A stretch of 64,000 nucleotides of DNA from Methanotrichaceae archaeon (GTDB lineage Archaea; Halobacteriota; Methanosarcinia; Methanotrichales; Methanotrichaceae): the NCBI GenBank assembly GCA_963813075.1, contig CAWEXU010000013.1:96001-160000 (forward strand), given 5' to 3'. A program made the position numbers and the translations under genes. The notes under the pieces are model-generated. The model was not told the DNA's origin. It saw only the letters and a list, made by a program, of their open reading frames with translations, and made no database searches. Below, in pieces: positions 50,978 to 61,500 of this stretch (the first letter of the stretch is position 1; each line of letters starts with the position of its first letter).

Positions 50978-51643
50978 ATGACCATAATTGTGCTCAATTT
51001 CAAGACCTACCGAGAGTCTACAGGCCCCGAGGCTCTGCGCCTGGCCGAGATCTGCGAGGATATCGCTAAAGACTATTCTGTGCAGATGATCGTGGCACCC
51101 CAAACGGCAGACATCCATGCTATATCTCAGGAGGTTAAAATTCCGGTCTACGCCCAGCATGTTGATGGCGTCGGCTATGGCGGCTTTACCGGACACGTGA
51201 CCGCAGCTGCCTTAAAGGCCGCGGGCGCGGCGGGTTCGCTCATTAACCACTCGGAGAGAAGGATCAAGCTGGCCGATATGGAGGCCTCCCTTTCCGCCTG
51301 CCGGGATTTCAGCCTCAAGAGCATCATCTGCACCAACAATGTGGCCACCACCAGGGCGGCGGCAGCTCTTGAACCCGACTATGTGGCAGTGGAGCCTCCA
51401 GAGCTGATAGGTAGCGGAATTCCCGTATCCAAGGCCAATCCCAGCGTGGTTAGCGATTCGGTAACCGCTGTCAAGAAGATCGCCCCGGGAGTGGGGGTCC
51501 TGTGCGGCGCGGGGATAACCCATGGCGAGGACCTGAGAAGCGCTCTGGAGCTGGGATCGGAGGGGGTCTTGCTGGCATCGGGAATTATAAAAGCCAAGGA
51601 TCAGCGTCAGGCTTTAGAAGATCTGGTGACTGGGGCAAAATAG
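50978..51643 (+). CDS. tpiA: Triosephosphate isomerase (archaeal type)
   Basis: NFKTY, INHSE, AVEPPELIG, GVLLASG. Confidence 0.96.
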   Translation: MTIIVLNFKTYRESTGPEALRLAEICEDIAKDYSVQMIVAPQTADIHAISQEVKIPVYAQHVDGVGYGGFTGHVTAAALKAAGAAGSLINHSERRIKLADMEASLSACRDFSLKSIICTNNVATTRAAAALEPDYVAVEPPELIGSGIPVSKANPSVVSDSVTAVKKIAPGVGVLCGAGITHGEDLRSALELGSEGVLLASGIIKAKDQRQALEDLVTGAK

Positions 51644-51913
51644 ATGATGTCGGTGCACGTCAGGGTCTCTGGCCGGGTGCAGGGTGTATATTATCGCGCC
51701 TATACTCGCGACCGGGCCAAATCCCTGGGAGTCAATGGATGGGTGCAAAATATTCCCGGGGGGGGAGTGGAGGCGGTGCTGGAGGGAGAAAGACGACAGG
51801 TGGGCGAACTGCTCCGAGCCATGAAGTCCGGGCCTTCCGGTTCTGTGGTCCTGGGAATGGAGCTCTCGGAGATCGAGGTCAAAGGCTATAATGACTTTGA
51901 AATAAAATATTAA
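51644..51913 (+). CDS. acyP: Acylphosphatase
   Basis: SGRVQGVYYR, GWVQN, VEAVLEG. Confidence 0.92.
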   Translation: MMSVHVRVSGRVQGVYYRAYTRDRAKSLGVNGWVQNIPGGGVEAVLEGERRQVGELLRAMKSGPSGSVVLGMELSEIEVKGYNDFEIKY

Positions 51914-51929
51914 AAATGGATGTGATTTA

Positions 51930-52100
51930 TTGCTTACCGTCAACAGATACAAGTGCTGCTACTGTGGTGCCTGCGTCAGCGTCTGCCCGACATGCGCCCT
52001 GGAGCTGGTGGAGACCTGGCTGGAGATTTCCGCAGACTGCAAAGAGTGCGGCATCTGCACCAAGATATGTCCGGTGGGTGCGCTAGAGGTCGAGGCATGA
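51930..52100 (+). CDS. 2[4Fe-4S] ferredoxin (56 aa; absent from the ORF track)
   Basis: MLTVNRYKCCYCGACVSVCP...DCKECGICTKICPVGAL; stop overlaps the next ATG (ATGA). Confidence 0.9.
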   Translation: MLTVNRYKCCYCGACVSVCPTCALELVETWLEISADCKECGICTKICPVGALEVEA

Positions 52101-53272
52101 AATGTGATGTGATTGTAGTGGGAGCGGGGCCGGGCGGCTCTATGGCCGCGAAGAAGGCGGCAGAATCCGGCCTGAATGTGGTGATGCTGGAAAAGCGCCA
52201 GGAGATCGGCGATCCGGTACGCTGCGCTGAAGGAGTGGGCAAGAGGTCATTATGCAGTATGGTCAAGCCAGAGCCGGAGTGGATTGCCGCTGAGGTGAAG
52301 GGCGCTATGATCTATTCTCCGGACGGAAGCAGCATAGTCATGTCCGAGGACAGGAGCGGCAGCGAGGTGGGCTACGTTCTGGAGAGAAAGGTCTTCGACC
52401 GGGGCCTGGCCATGCAGGCCGCTCGCGCCGGGGCCAGGGTTATGGTCAAGACCCGAGCCACCGGCCTGTTGATGAATGATGGCGTTCCTTATGGCGTTAA
52501 TGCCATGCAGGTGGGCGAGCCCCTGCGGATCGAGGCCCCGATCATCATCGGTGCGGATGGAGTGGAGTCCAAGGTGGGCCGGTGGGCGGGAATCGACACC
52601 ACACTCAACCTGAAGGACATCGAGTCCTGCGCCCAGTTCCTGGTTTCGGATCCGGGGATCGACCAGGACTATACCAAATTTTACTTAGGAAACAGCATTG
52701 CACCTTCAGGCTACGCCTGGTCCTTTCCCAAGGGGGAGAAGCTGGCCAATATCGGCCTGGGTGTGCTGGGAAGCCGGTGCAAGCCCGGTGAAGCCATCCG
52801 CCTGCTGCGGGAGTTCACCAAAAAGCACTTTCCCAATGGCAAGATAGTGGAGATGGTGGTGGGCGGGGACCCCTGCTCCGGGCCCATCGAATCAACCACT
52901 GCTGATGGGGTGATGCTGGTGGGAGACGCTGCCCGCCAGACCGATCCATTGACCGGGGGAGGGATTCTCAATGCCATGGAGGCTGGGGTCATCGCCGCAG
53001 AGGTGGCAGCAAAAGCTATCGCCGCCGGCAACATCAGAAAAGAGGGGCTAAAGGAGTATGAGGACCGCTGGCGGGAGGGCATAGGCAGGCACCTGGCTCG
53101 CAGTCTGGAGTTCAAGGAGTTCTTTGTGAAGCTGACCGACAAAGATCTCAATATGCTGATCGGCTCCCTGGCAAAGGAGGACATATCCAAGATGGACCTG
53201 CAAGGCCTCTTGCGAGTGCTCTTCCGGTTGAATCCCAAGCTCCTCTGGGAGCTGCGCCACCTGATCACATAA
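52097..53272 (+). CDS. Digeranylgeranylglycerophospholipid reductase (geranylgeranyl reductase family)
   Basis: VVGAGPGG, PVRCAEG, GADGVES, GYAWSFPK, VGDAA...PLTGGGI. Confidence 0.92.
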   Translation: MKCDVIVVGAGPGGSMAAKKAAESGLNVVMLEKRQEIGDPVRCAEGVGKRSLCSMVKPEPEWIAAEVKGAMIYSPDGSSIVMSEDRSGSEVGYVLERKVFDRGLAMQAARAGARVMVKTRATGLLMNDGVPYGVNAMQVGEPLRIEAPIIIGADGVESKVGRWAGIDTTLNLKDIESCAQFLVSDPGIDQDYTKFYLGNSIAPSGYAWSFPKGEKLANIGLGVLGSRCKPGEAIRLLREFTKKHFPNGKIVEMVVGGDPCSGPIESTTADGVMLVGDAARQTDPLTGGGILNAMEAGVIAAEVAAKAIAAGNIRKEGLKEYEDRWREGIGRHLARSLEFKEFFVKLTDKDLNMLIGSLAKEDISKMDLQGLLRVLFRLNPKLLWELRHLIT

Positions 53273-53310
53273 TCTGGATTCGGAGTCCGGCTTTCAGGTC
53301 CGGCTTTGGC

Positions 53311-53859
53311 CTATTCCAGGGTGGAGGTGCCATCTGCTTTCTTTGGCAGCCTCTCCAGGTCAAAGCCGATCTTCACCTTCTCTTTATCTGCATCCAGCGT
53401 CACCACACCCATGTGGAAAATGTAGCGCATGGTCCTGCGGCCATCGGGGATGCGCAATTTATGCTCCCGGCGGAGGATCATGGCGCTGGCAGTCTGCAGT
53501 GCCGGGCCGCTCTGCAAAAACAGCAGACCAGGAAGGTTGAGCCGCTGGTGGCTGGTCGTGGGATATCTCTCATCCATCAACTCGGCCAGCTCTTCGCGAC
53601 GAATCTCGACCACTGTATCTTTGTTCTGGACACGAATGAGGTTTTCGTGAGCATGCACCTCATCGATATGAGAATGAAGGGCACAGAGCACATAGCTCTC
53701 CCCAAGCCCCTTGTTTTCCGGCGGCAGAAGTGCTTCCAGCTTATGCATAAATGGCTTGAGAAGAGGACTGGCGCCGGAAAAAAGTGCACCCGGCAGGTTT
53801 TTGACCTCTGTCTTCGTCAGCTCATTGAGATCTCTTTTGCTAATCTCGATGGCTATCAT
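53311..53859 (-). CDS. Hypothetical protein
   Basis: 182-aa ORF with plausible composition, followed by an AT-rich upstream region. Confidence 0.65.
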   Translation of the reverse strand: MIAIEISKRDLNELTKTEVKNLPGALFSGASPLLKPFMHKLEALLPPENKGLGESYVLCALHSHIDEVHAHENLIRVQNKDTVVEIRREELAELMDERYPTTSHQRLNLPGLLFLQSGPALQTASAMILRREHKLRIPDGRRTMRYIFHMGVVTLDADKEKVKIGFDLERLPKKADGTSTLE

Positions 53860-54248
53860 AGTGGACGAAATCCTCTCACGAGATATATCTATGTCGGTAT
53901 ATCTATGTCAATCGAGTAAATTATGATTATAAATAAAATTTCAAACTTATACTAAATTATTCTCCCTAAATTAATTATTTAACTCCATTTTGTAGTTCCT
54001 TTTGCAAAATGGCATAAAAAGGGCGTTAATCCAAGGAGGCTTTTAACTCTGCCAAAAAATTTTGGTAATTATAAATTCTTAATCTATCCTATTTTATCCT
54101 CAATAATCACCTAAATGCTAATATCAACTGCTTTTTGACTTATTATCTAAAGTATTAGTCTAAATTAGAAAAATTAAAAGACCAAGCCTTTCAAAACAAA
54201 TTATTTATATCATTAAGTATTAGTGACAAGAAAAATATGGTGACGATT

Positions 54249-54626
54249 ATGAGAGAGTCGACAGTAAAGATCCTGGATGACAAGGACATGGAATTCGTGG
54301 AGACGCTCCGCTCCCTGGGAGTGCCCCGCAATGTAGCAACCCTTATCACATTTCTGGCCAATGTGGATGAGGCCTCCTCAAGGGAGATCGAAATGGGCTC
54401 CGACCTCAGGCAGCCTGAGGTGAGCATTGCCATGAGAACCCTGCGCGATAACAACTGGATAGAGGAGAAGGAGATCAAACGCGAGGGCAAAGGAAGACCG
54501 ATGAAGGTCTACTCATTGAAAGCGGGCATTGATGAGGTCATAAAGCATTTCGAGGAAGAGAAGCTGCACGAGTCCGCTCAGGCCATGGAGAGCATCCAGA
54601 GGCTCAAGCAGCTCATATCAACCTAA
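54249..54626 (+). CDS. Winged-HTH transcriptional regulator (ArsR/TrmB-like, methanogen type)
   Basis: SREIEMGSDLRQPEVSIAMRTL, GKGRP.KVYSL. Confidence 0.85.
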   Translation: MRESTVKILDDKDMEFVETLRSLGVPRNVATLITFLANVDEASSREIEMGSDLRQPEVSIAMRTLRDNNWIEEKEIKREGKGRPMKVYSLKAGIDEVIKHFEEEKLHESAQAMESIQRLKQLIST

Positions 54627-54662
54627 AACATCCGGGGTCTATTGATCGATGGGATGAGGCTT

Positions 54663-54923
54663 TCAGATCCGGATCTTGCCGGCAGGAGATGAAAGCACCT
54701 CAACCTCTATTTTTGCTGCTATTCCTCGACCAAGTGAGATCTTCGATCCATTAAGCTCGATTACCACCGGACCACCAAAGGGATGGCAGGCTATTTTGCG
54801 TACACGGCTACCTCTTCTTATCCCCATGGATTCAAACCTCCTCTCCCAGCCGTACTCGCCGTTCACGGAATGAATCTCCAGGGTCTGGTTGCAGGGAGCC
54901 TTTGAGAGCTCTATGTATCTCAT
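54663..54923 (-). CDS. feoA: FeoA-family protein
   Basis: RRFESMGIRRG, PFGGPVVI, ISLGRGIA.KI.V. Confidence 0.85.
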   Translation of the reverse strand: MRYIELSKAPCNQTLEIHSVNGEYGWERRFESMGIRRGSRVRKIACHPFGGPVVIELNGSKISLGRGIAAKIEVEVLSSPAGKIRI

Positions 54924-55015
54924 CTCCGCTCATTCACCTCGTCGGCTTCATCTCCAGAACACTGGATAAATCTTGCGCAGCAATCATCCAAAAGCCAATC
55001 CCACATTATCTTCAT

Positions 55016-55828
55016 TCATACCCGCACATTCACCCCATTCTCTTTCAGATACTTTTTCACACTGGTGACGGTGCATTCCTGGAAGTGAAATATGCTGGCC
55101 GCGAGAGCTGCAGAGGCATCGGTCTCTTCGAATACCTGCAGCATATGCTCGGCACTTGCGCATCCTCCCGAGGCGATCACTGGAACCCTGACCATTTTCG
55201 CCACGGTTTCGGTGAGGGGGATGTCAAACCCCAGCTTTGTGCCATCTCTGTCCATGCTGGTAAGAAGAATCTCTCCTGCGCCAAGGGAGACTGCTTTTTC
55301 CGCCCAGGCGATGGCGTCAACTCCGGTGAACTTTCTGCCGCCGTAATAGGAGCATTCAAACCAGCAAGGCCCGTTTTCGGTCTCGACCATATTCCGGCCG
55401 TCCTCCTGGGAATATCGCCTCTTGGCATCGATAGCCAGAACCACGGCCTGATTTCCGTATCTATCAGCGATCTCGCTTATGAGGTCCGGTCGCTTGAGGG
55501 CGGAGGTGTTTACGGTGACCTTATCCGCACCGGCGTTGAATGCCTCTCTTGCCTGCTCCAGGCTGCTTATTCCCCCGCCAACGGCCAGTGGCACGAAGAC
55601 CGAGAGCGAGGTCTTCTTTATGACACTGGTCATGGTCTCTCGCCGGTCAGATGAGGCGGTGATATCCAAAAAGACGATCTCATCCGCTCCATCCTGGTAG
55701 TACTGGCCGGCCAGCTCCCAGGGGACACCAGCATATCTGATCTGCTTGAACTCAATTCCCTTGACCACTCGGCCACCGGGGACTCCCAGGTCGCAGTCCA
55801 GGCAGGGGATGATCCTTCTGGCTAGCAT
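55016..55828 (-). CDS. hisF: Imidazole glycerol phosphate synthase cyclase subunit
   Basis: [43 protein letters not shown]. Confidence 0.96.
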   Translation of the reverse strand: MLARRIIPCLDCDLGVPGGRVVKGIEFKQIRYAGVPWELAGQYYQDGADEIVFLDITASSDRRETMTSVIKKTSLSVFVPLAVGGGISSLEQAREAFNAGADKVTVNTSALKRPDLISEIADRYGNQAVVLAIDAKRRYSQEDGRNMVETENGPCWFECSYYGGRKFTGVDAIAWAEKAVSLGAGEILLTSMDRDGTKLGFDIPLTETVAKMVRVPVIASGGCASAEHMLQVFEETDASAALAASIFHFQECTVTSVKKYLKENGVNVRV

Positions 55829-56427
55829 CTCGCAGACCTCACGAAGTTCTCCAGGATTCTCAGGCCCTTTGGCCCTGATTTCTCCGGATGAAACTGGGTG
55901 GCAAAGAGGTTATCCTTATGGACTGCTGCTGTCAATTCCACTCCGTGCTCTGTGGTGGCGGCGACTATCGATCGATCAATTGGCTGGCCATAGTAGGAGT
56001 GGACGAAGTAGAACATGTCCCCGTCGCTTATGCCATCCAGAATTTCCACCGGGCGCTTGATGGAGAGGCTGTTCCAGCCCATCTGGGGGATCATTACCCC
56101 ATCCGGCAGGCGTACAACCTTTCCCTCTATCCAGCCCAATCCCGGCGCGCCCGGACTCTCCTCGCTCTCCTGAAAGAGCACCTGCATGCCCACGCATATG
56201 CCCAGCATGGGCACTCCCTCCTCGAAGCATGATCGGAGTGAGGCCGAGAATCGGGAGAGCTGATTCATGCAACTGCCAAAGGCTCCCACCCCCGGGACAA
56301 CAATGCCATTTGCGCCGGCCAACTCCTGTGGATCGCGGGCAATCTCAGGATTGCCGCCCACATATTCCAGGGCGTTGTATATGGAAAACAGGTTTCCCAT
56401 TCCATAATCCACTATGACTATTCTCAT
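55822..56427 (-). CDS. hisH: Imidazole glycerol phosphate synthase glutaminase subunit
   Basis: DYGMGNL, PGVGAF, GICVGMQ, YFVHSY, QFHPEKS. Confidence 0.96.
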   Translation of the reverse strand: MRIVIVDYGMGNLFSIYNALEYVGGNPEIARDPQELAGANGIVVPGVGAFGSCMNQLSRFSASLRSCFEEGVPMLGICVGMQVLFQESEESPGAPGLGWIEGKVVRLPDGVMIPQMGWNSLSIKRPVEILDGISDGDMFYFVHSYYGQPIDRSIVAATTEHGVELTAAVHKDNLFATQFHPEKSGPKGLRILENFVRSARC

Positions 56428-56432
56428 CTATT

Positions 56433-56492
56433 TCGTCCTTCTTGTTATCGTTCTTCTCGCAATCGTCTTTCTTGCTATCGTTCTTCTTGATA
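56433..56492. repeat. Degenerate 15-bp tandem repeat x4 immediately upstream of hisH
   Basis: tcgtccttcttgtta tcgttcttctcgcaa tcgtctttcttgcta tcgttcttcttgata. Confidence 0.75.
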
Positions 56493-56568
56493 TAATGCAA
56501 TTCCAGCCGCTATAAATATCTCTATTTGCGATCTCTTCATATCTTTTCATAACGCCCGTTCGCCCGCC

Positions 56569-56582
56569 GGAACATACCTTCC
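56569..56582. promoter_or_regulatory. GGAA-N6-TTCC palindrome (NrpR operator-like)
   Basis: GGAACATACCTTCC in the hisH/gdhA divergent intergenic region. Confidence 0.35.
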
Positions 56583-56892
56583 TGCGAAGCATCGATCCGG
56601 GCAGGGGGTGACGACGACGAACTTTAACTATAATTTTTTTAAGATTATTTCTGATTTTTTCACAATTACGCATTCATAAAACTTCATATCAGCTTTGATT
56701 CATCTCCTCAGCTCTTATTTCTTACATGTAATTTATTTACAGCAAATGTTTAAATAGGCCGACAATTCAATTCCGCCCTTCTTTATCATTTATAAATTTG
56801 ACCCATAATACTTAAATAGGCAACGATGGACATTTCCCTCCACCAGGTCACAAATAAAGATTTGGGTAGATGCTGAATGGAGATGCAATATA

Positions 56893-58140
56893 ATGTCCAA
56901 ATCGAATCCCTTTGAAATAGCTCAAAAACAGCTTGACGATTGTGCAAAGATCCTAAACCTCGATCCCGGGGTGCATGAGTTCCTCCGCCACCCCAGGCGA
57001 GAGTTCCACATATCGATTCCCGTGCGCATGGATGATGGCAGCATGAAGATCTTCCAGGGCTACAGGGTTCAGTATAACGATGCACTGGGCCCCTGCAAGG
57101 GCGGCATAAGATACCATCCGGATGAGACCATCGATACGGTCAGGGCTCTGGCCGCCTGGATGACCTGGAAGACCTCCCTTCTCGGCCTGCCCCTGGGCGG
57201 GGGCAAAGGGGGAGTGATCTGCAATCCCAAGGAGCTCTCTGCCGGGGAGCAGGAGAGGCTCTGCCGGGGCTATGTCGATATGGTCTGGCAGAACATCGGA
57301 CCGGAGAGGGACGTTCCTGCGCCTGACGTATACACCACCCCCCAGATGATGGCTTGGATGATGGATGAGTACTCAAAACTGACCGGCTCGAACAACTTCG
57401 GCTGCATCACCGGCAAGCCGCTATGCGTGGGCGGCTCCTGCGGCAGGAGCGATGCCACCGCCCGGGGAGGCATGTATGCTCTGAGGGAGGCGGCAAGGGA
57501 ATTCAACATCGATCTCTCGAAAGCCACAGTAGCCATTCAGGGATACGGAAATGCCGGCAGCTATGCTCACAGTCTGGCCAATGAGCTTTTCGGCAGCAAG
57601 GTGGTAGCGGTGAGCGACTCCAAAGGAGGAGTCTTCAATGCCGCTGGTATAGATGCCTGTGATGCAGTTGCCGTAAAAGTCCAGACCTCCACGGTGGCCA
57701 ATATTCCAGGCGGCAAGAAGATCACCAACGAGGAGCTGCTGGAGCTGGATGTGGACATCCTCATCGCTGCCGCTCTGGAGAACGTGATCACCAAGGATAA
57801 TGCCGGAAAGGTCAAGGCCAAGATCATTCTGGAGCTGGCCAATGGCCCCACCACACCCGAGGCGGATGAGATACTCTTCCAGAACAAAGTGCACGTCATA
57901 CCCGACTTCCTGGCCAATGCCGGCGGAGTTACCGTCTCCTACTTCGAGATGGTGCAGAACATCATGCGCTACTGCTGGTCATTCGACGAGGTCTACCAGA
58001 GGCTGGACGAGAGGATGACCATGGCTTACCAGGGTGTCCTGGCTGCATCCAAGCAGTACAATATCAACATGCGCCAGGCAGCCTACACCGTGGCCGTGGC
58101 CAGGGTGGTAGATGCCATGAAGACCCGCGGCTGGGTTTAG
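56893..58140 (+). CDS. gdhA: Glutamate dehydrogenase
   Basis: GPCKGGIRYHP, MTWK, GGGKGG, DVPAPD, TGKP, QGYGNAG, ELANGP, PDFLANAGGVTVSYFE. Confidence 0.96.
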   Translation: MSKSNPFEIAQKQLDDCAKILNLDPGVHEFLRHPRREFHISIPVRMDDGSMKIFQGYRVQYNDALGPCKGGIRYHPDETIDTVRALAAWMTWKTSLLGLPLGGGKGGVICNPKELSAGEQERLCRGYVDMVWQNIGPERDVPAPDVYTTPQMMAWMMDEYSKLTGSNNFGCITGKPLCVGGSCGRSDATARGGMYALREAAREFNIDLSKATVAIQGYGNAGSYAHSLANELFGSKVVAVSDSKGGVFNAAGIDACDAVAVKVQTSTVANIPGGKKITNEELLELDVDILIAAALENVITKDNAGKVKAKIILELANGPTTPEADEILFQNKVHVIPDFLANAGGVTVSYFEMVQNIMRYCWSFDEVYQRLDERMTMAYQGVLAASKQYNINMRQAAYTVAVARVVDAMKTRGWV

Positions 58141-58521
58141 GAGAATAAAAATCTTCAACTGATTGGTATTGAGGTCTGAGGTCCATTGCACTTTGCCAGA
58201 ATTGGCAGGAGCCCGAGTTCTGGTGAGGCGCACAGATCTCATATCTTTCTATTTTGAGATTCAATCCCTTAACCTGCGTTGCTTTGGCAGCATGTTAGTG
58301 TCCCGATATGATGTAAAATAGTAGTAATAATCCTGGTGATGTATTGAATGCTGCTTTGATCGTGGCAGCATTCTGATCATTCTCCGGAATTATAATATGT
58401 TCTGTATCCATACTTGAATTGTTTCTACCACCCTTTTCCCCTTTCTTTTCTTAGTTGAATCAGTAGGATGCTATGGTCCGACTCCGTTCGGCGGTATTAT
58501 GGGTAATGTGGATAAGTAGCA

Positions 58522-61500
58522 CTATAAGGCCAGATCATTTTTGGGCGCGGTCACGTTGCCGGTCAGCCGCTTGAATTCGACCGGAAGCTCTACCGCAGCT
58601 TCACCACCGACAGTAGTCTCCACGGCTGTGCCCGCTTTGATATGGCCCAAATCCAATCCATCGAGGTTTAACCCCAACTGCCCTTCCAGATCCGCTTTCA
58701 AGGTTCCGCTGCCGGTCACTTTCACGGTGATCTTGATATCTTTGGCCACTTCTTCCGCCACGATGGTGATATTGATGGCCTTGCGGCCTTTGGTGATGGT
58801 CGCGACGATATTTGCTTCAATCGGCACTTCGCGCTTGGTCACGTGATTGCTGAGATCGATATTAAAGGCGGGATTGCCGGCAACGGATGGAATGCGCGCG
58901 ATGGTATCCAGGGAAAGCGGAAGCCTGGTTCGAGTGCCCTTGATCTGGATGGTATACTCAGCGCCGGTTTGAATATTGACTTTGCCCGCGCCAACCCCAC
59001 CGGCGGTCGAAGTAGTAAACGAATCGCCGATCGGCCCAATGAATTCTATGTTGAACACACCATTCAGCGGCCCGGAGATCGAATGCTTGAAGTTAATCGT
59101 CACCGTAACATCGCTGCCCGCCTTGCCTCCCTGCATCTGCTGGATAGCCTTTTTCACGTTTTCGTTGTTGTCTTGCTTGGTGATGGTTCCCTTTACGGCC
59201 TGGTTCTCGGATACTTTTATCTGTTGCTGCGCTTCCGCTGGGGAAATCGTCTTTTGCGACGGCTGTTGTTGGGCTGGTTGGCTCACCACCACCGGCGTGT
59301 TGGCGTTTTTGCTCGCTTTATGCTGCTGCTGGATTTCCTTGGCTTTATTGGACGCTTGGTTAATGTCGACGGATTTGTCTGCCAGTTTTTCAAGCAGGTC
59401 TTCCACTTCTTTACTCACCGACATATCGCGGAAGATGTCTGCTTTGCCCAGCAAGTTCAGCGCGCCCGCCATACCGGTTGGGTCGGGCAGATTTTGCGGC
59501 GCGACTATATTGACGATGGAAGCGGGCATCGGCGTAGGGGTCAGGTTCTGCGATACGTTGCGGGATTCGTTGATATTGAGGTTATCAATCCCCGGAGCCT
59601 CTTCCGTGATGGGTGAGGTCTGCCAATCCCAAAAACGGGTGTCGTCAATTTCTTCACTGATATTGCAGTGCCCGAGTTTGCCTTCCGCAAATACCCCACG
59701 CGTGGGCAGGGTCATCAGTTTCTCGACCTTGATCGGCTGCAGGGCGTTCAGGTCTTCATTTTCCTGGAAAGATTTCCGCGCCGGAAAGACTACGTAGTCC
59801 CCCAGAACGTCGATCGCGCGATTATCTATCATATCGAGAATGGACGTGCCCGATGAGACCACATCCTTGAAGCGGTAAGCTCTTTCGTTGGGATCTTCCA
59901 GGAGCCACAGCGCTTTTTGATAGTGGAAGGCATTTGCCGATAGGTGGCTCTTCAGGTCGTTAATGCAGCAACGTTCTGCTTCGGTCAGAAGGTCAGCGGG
60001 ATCCTTGGGGATCTCGCGATAGGGGATTAGGTTAAACAGATGCTCTGCATCCACCGGGATATTGATCACATCCGTGCTTCTTACCATGACCCAGACCTTG
60101 TCGCCGCTGGTCGTCATTATTTGCACGCCCTCGATCTCCCATGGTTCAGATGGGCCGGATGAGCTGCCCTTATCCTGGCTGTTTACCCGCAGGATGATGC
60201 CATCGATATCGTTCCACAACACTTTACGGAAAGGCTCAACGTTGAAAACATTTTCCTGCCCGGCCTGCCGGTAATTGGCACTGACCAAATAGGTCGTGCC
60301 ATCATCGACGAAATCTGGGAGAGATAAATCGGTATGAGCCAAACGAAACCCGCTTGCCCAGAGCGGGTCTTTTTCCAGGCAATTTATCCTCTCGCCGCTC
60401 TTTGTTTTCACCGCTACGGATGGGAAACCATGCGTTGCTGTCTTTGTTTTAATGACCAGTTTGATCGGGCCTAACTCGTTGACGTTATTCAAATCGGGCT
60501 GCAATGCCGCCTGGGCGGTTTTCCGGGCAAACTCAAGGGTAAAGCAGACCAGTTTTTGCACGGCATCGAAACAACCGGCGTAGCGCGAATCGAGCAGCAC
60601 ACTTTCCAGAATCTTGCGATATTTGTAGATAATATTGGTGTCCAAAAAATCCACAGGCAGGTACTGGACCAGCAAGGATGGCCTGAACCGCATATACTGG
60701 GTGGTGACCTTATAGTGCCGCAACACCTCGTAGTACAGTATGGTCAGGGTGTGAGAATGGTTGTGGTTGGCTACCACCCTGGTTTCGGCTTTGGCCTGCT
60801 CCTGCTGATCCGATTGGACCACGATAGTGCTTCGTAGCTCTCGCACCGCAGAGCTGGCCTGAGCAAAGGCGTCCGAAATTTGCTGCGCAGTAGAAGCGTG
60901 GATATTCCGGTCGCCTGAGCTGGTGGAATAGCCGCCGCCAAGCGCGCCGGAAACTCCCATACCACCTCCTCCATACGAACCAGCTACCCCACCCATAAAG
61001 CTGCCGCCTCGCTGCCATTCGCGCAAGGCCGCATCCACCGTTTCGGACACGCTGCGGTCGCGGTGCGTATTGTGCGCTAACTGCTCCTTCACGGTCAGGT
61101 CTTCATCCCTTGAATCGATCGATTTTCTCGCCCAATCGATCACCGCCATTTTTCTCGTTTCTCCAGGCGCTAAAGGCAGGCTGTAGATAATTTGCCCCAA
61201 CGTGTGCCCCAGCGGCTGCCAGGAAACCAGGTACTCTAGCGACCACCCCGTGCGAACCTCGGGTTTCACCAGAATCTTTTTTGTGATGACCTGATTGCCA
61301 ACCTGGGATTCTTCGTCCCTCGTTTCTGCGGGGATGATAATTTTGCTGCCGCGCAGGATCTGGAAGAAACGGAACTCGTGGGTAGCGAAATTGGCCGGAT
61401 ATAGATTTTCGCATCCGTCGACGCCGATAAAGAACGCCGGATTGACTGCGAAGGAACCGGGCGAAAGGTACCAGTCTTCCAGGCTGGGGTTCTGCATCGA

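Noticed and set aside
51953..52096. N-terminal extension of the geranylgeranyl reductase ORF
   Set aside because: The region encodes a ferredoxin in another frame; the true start is ATG 52097
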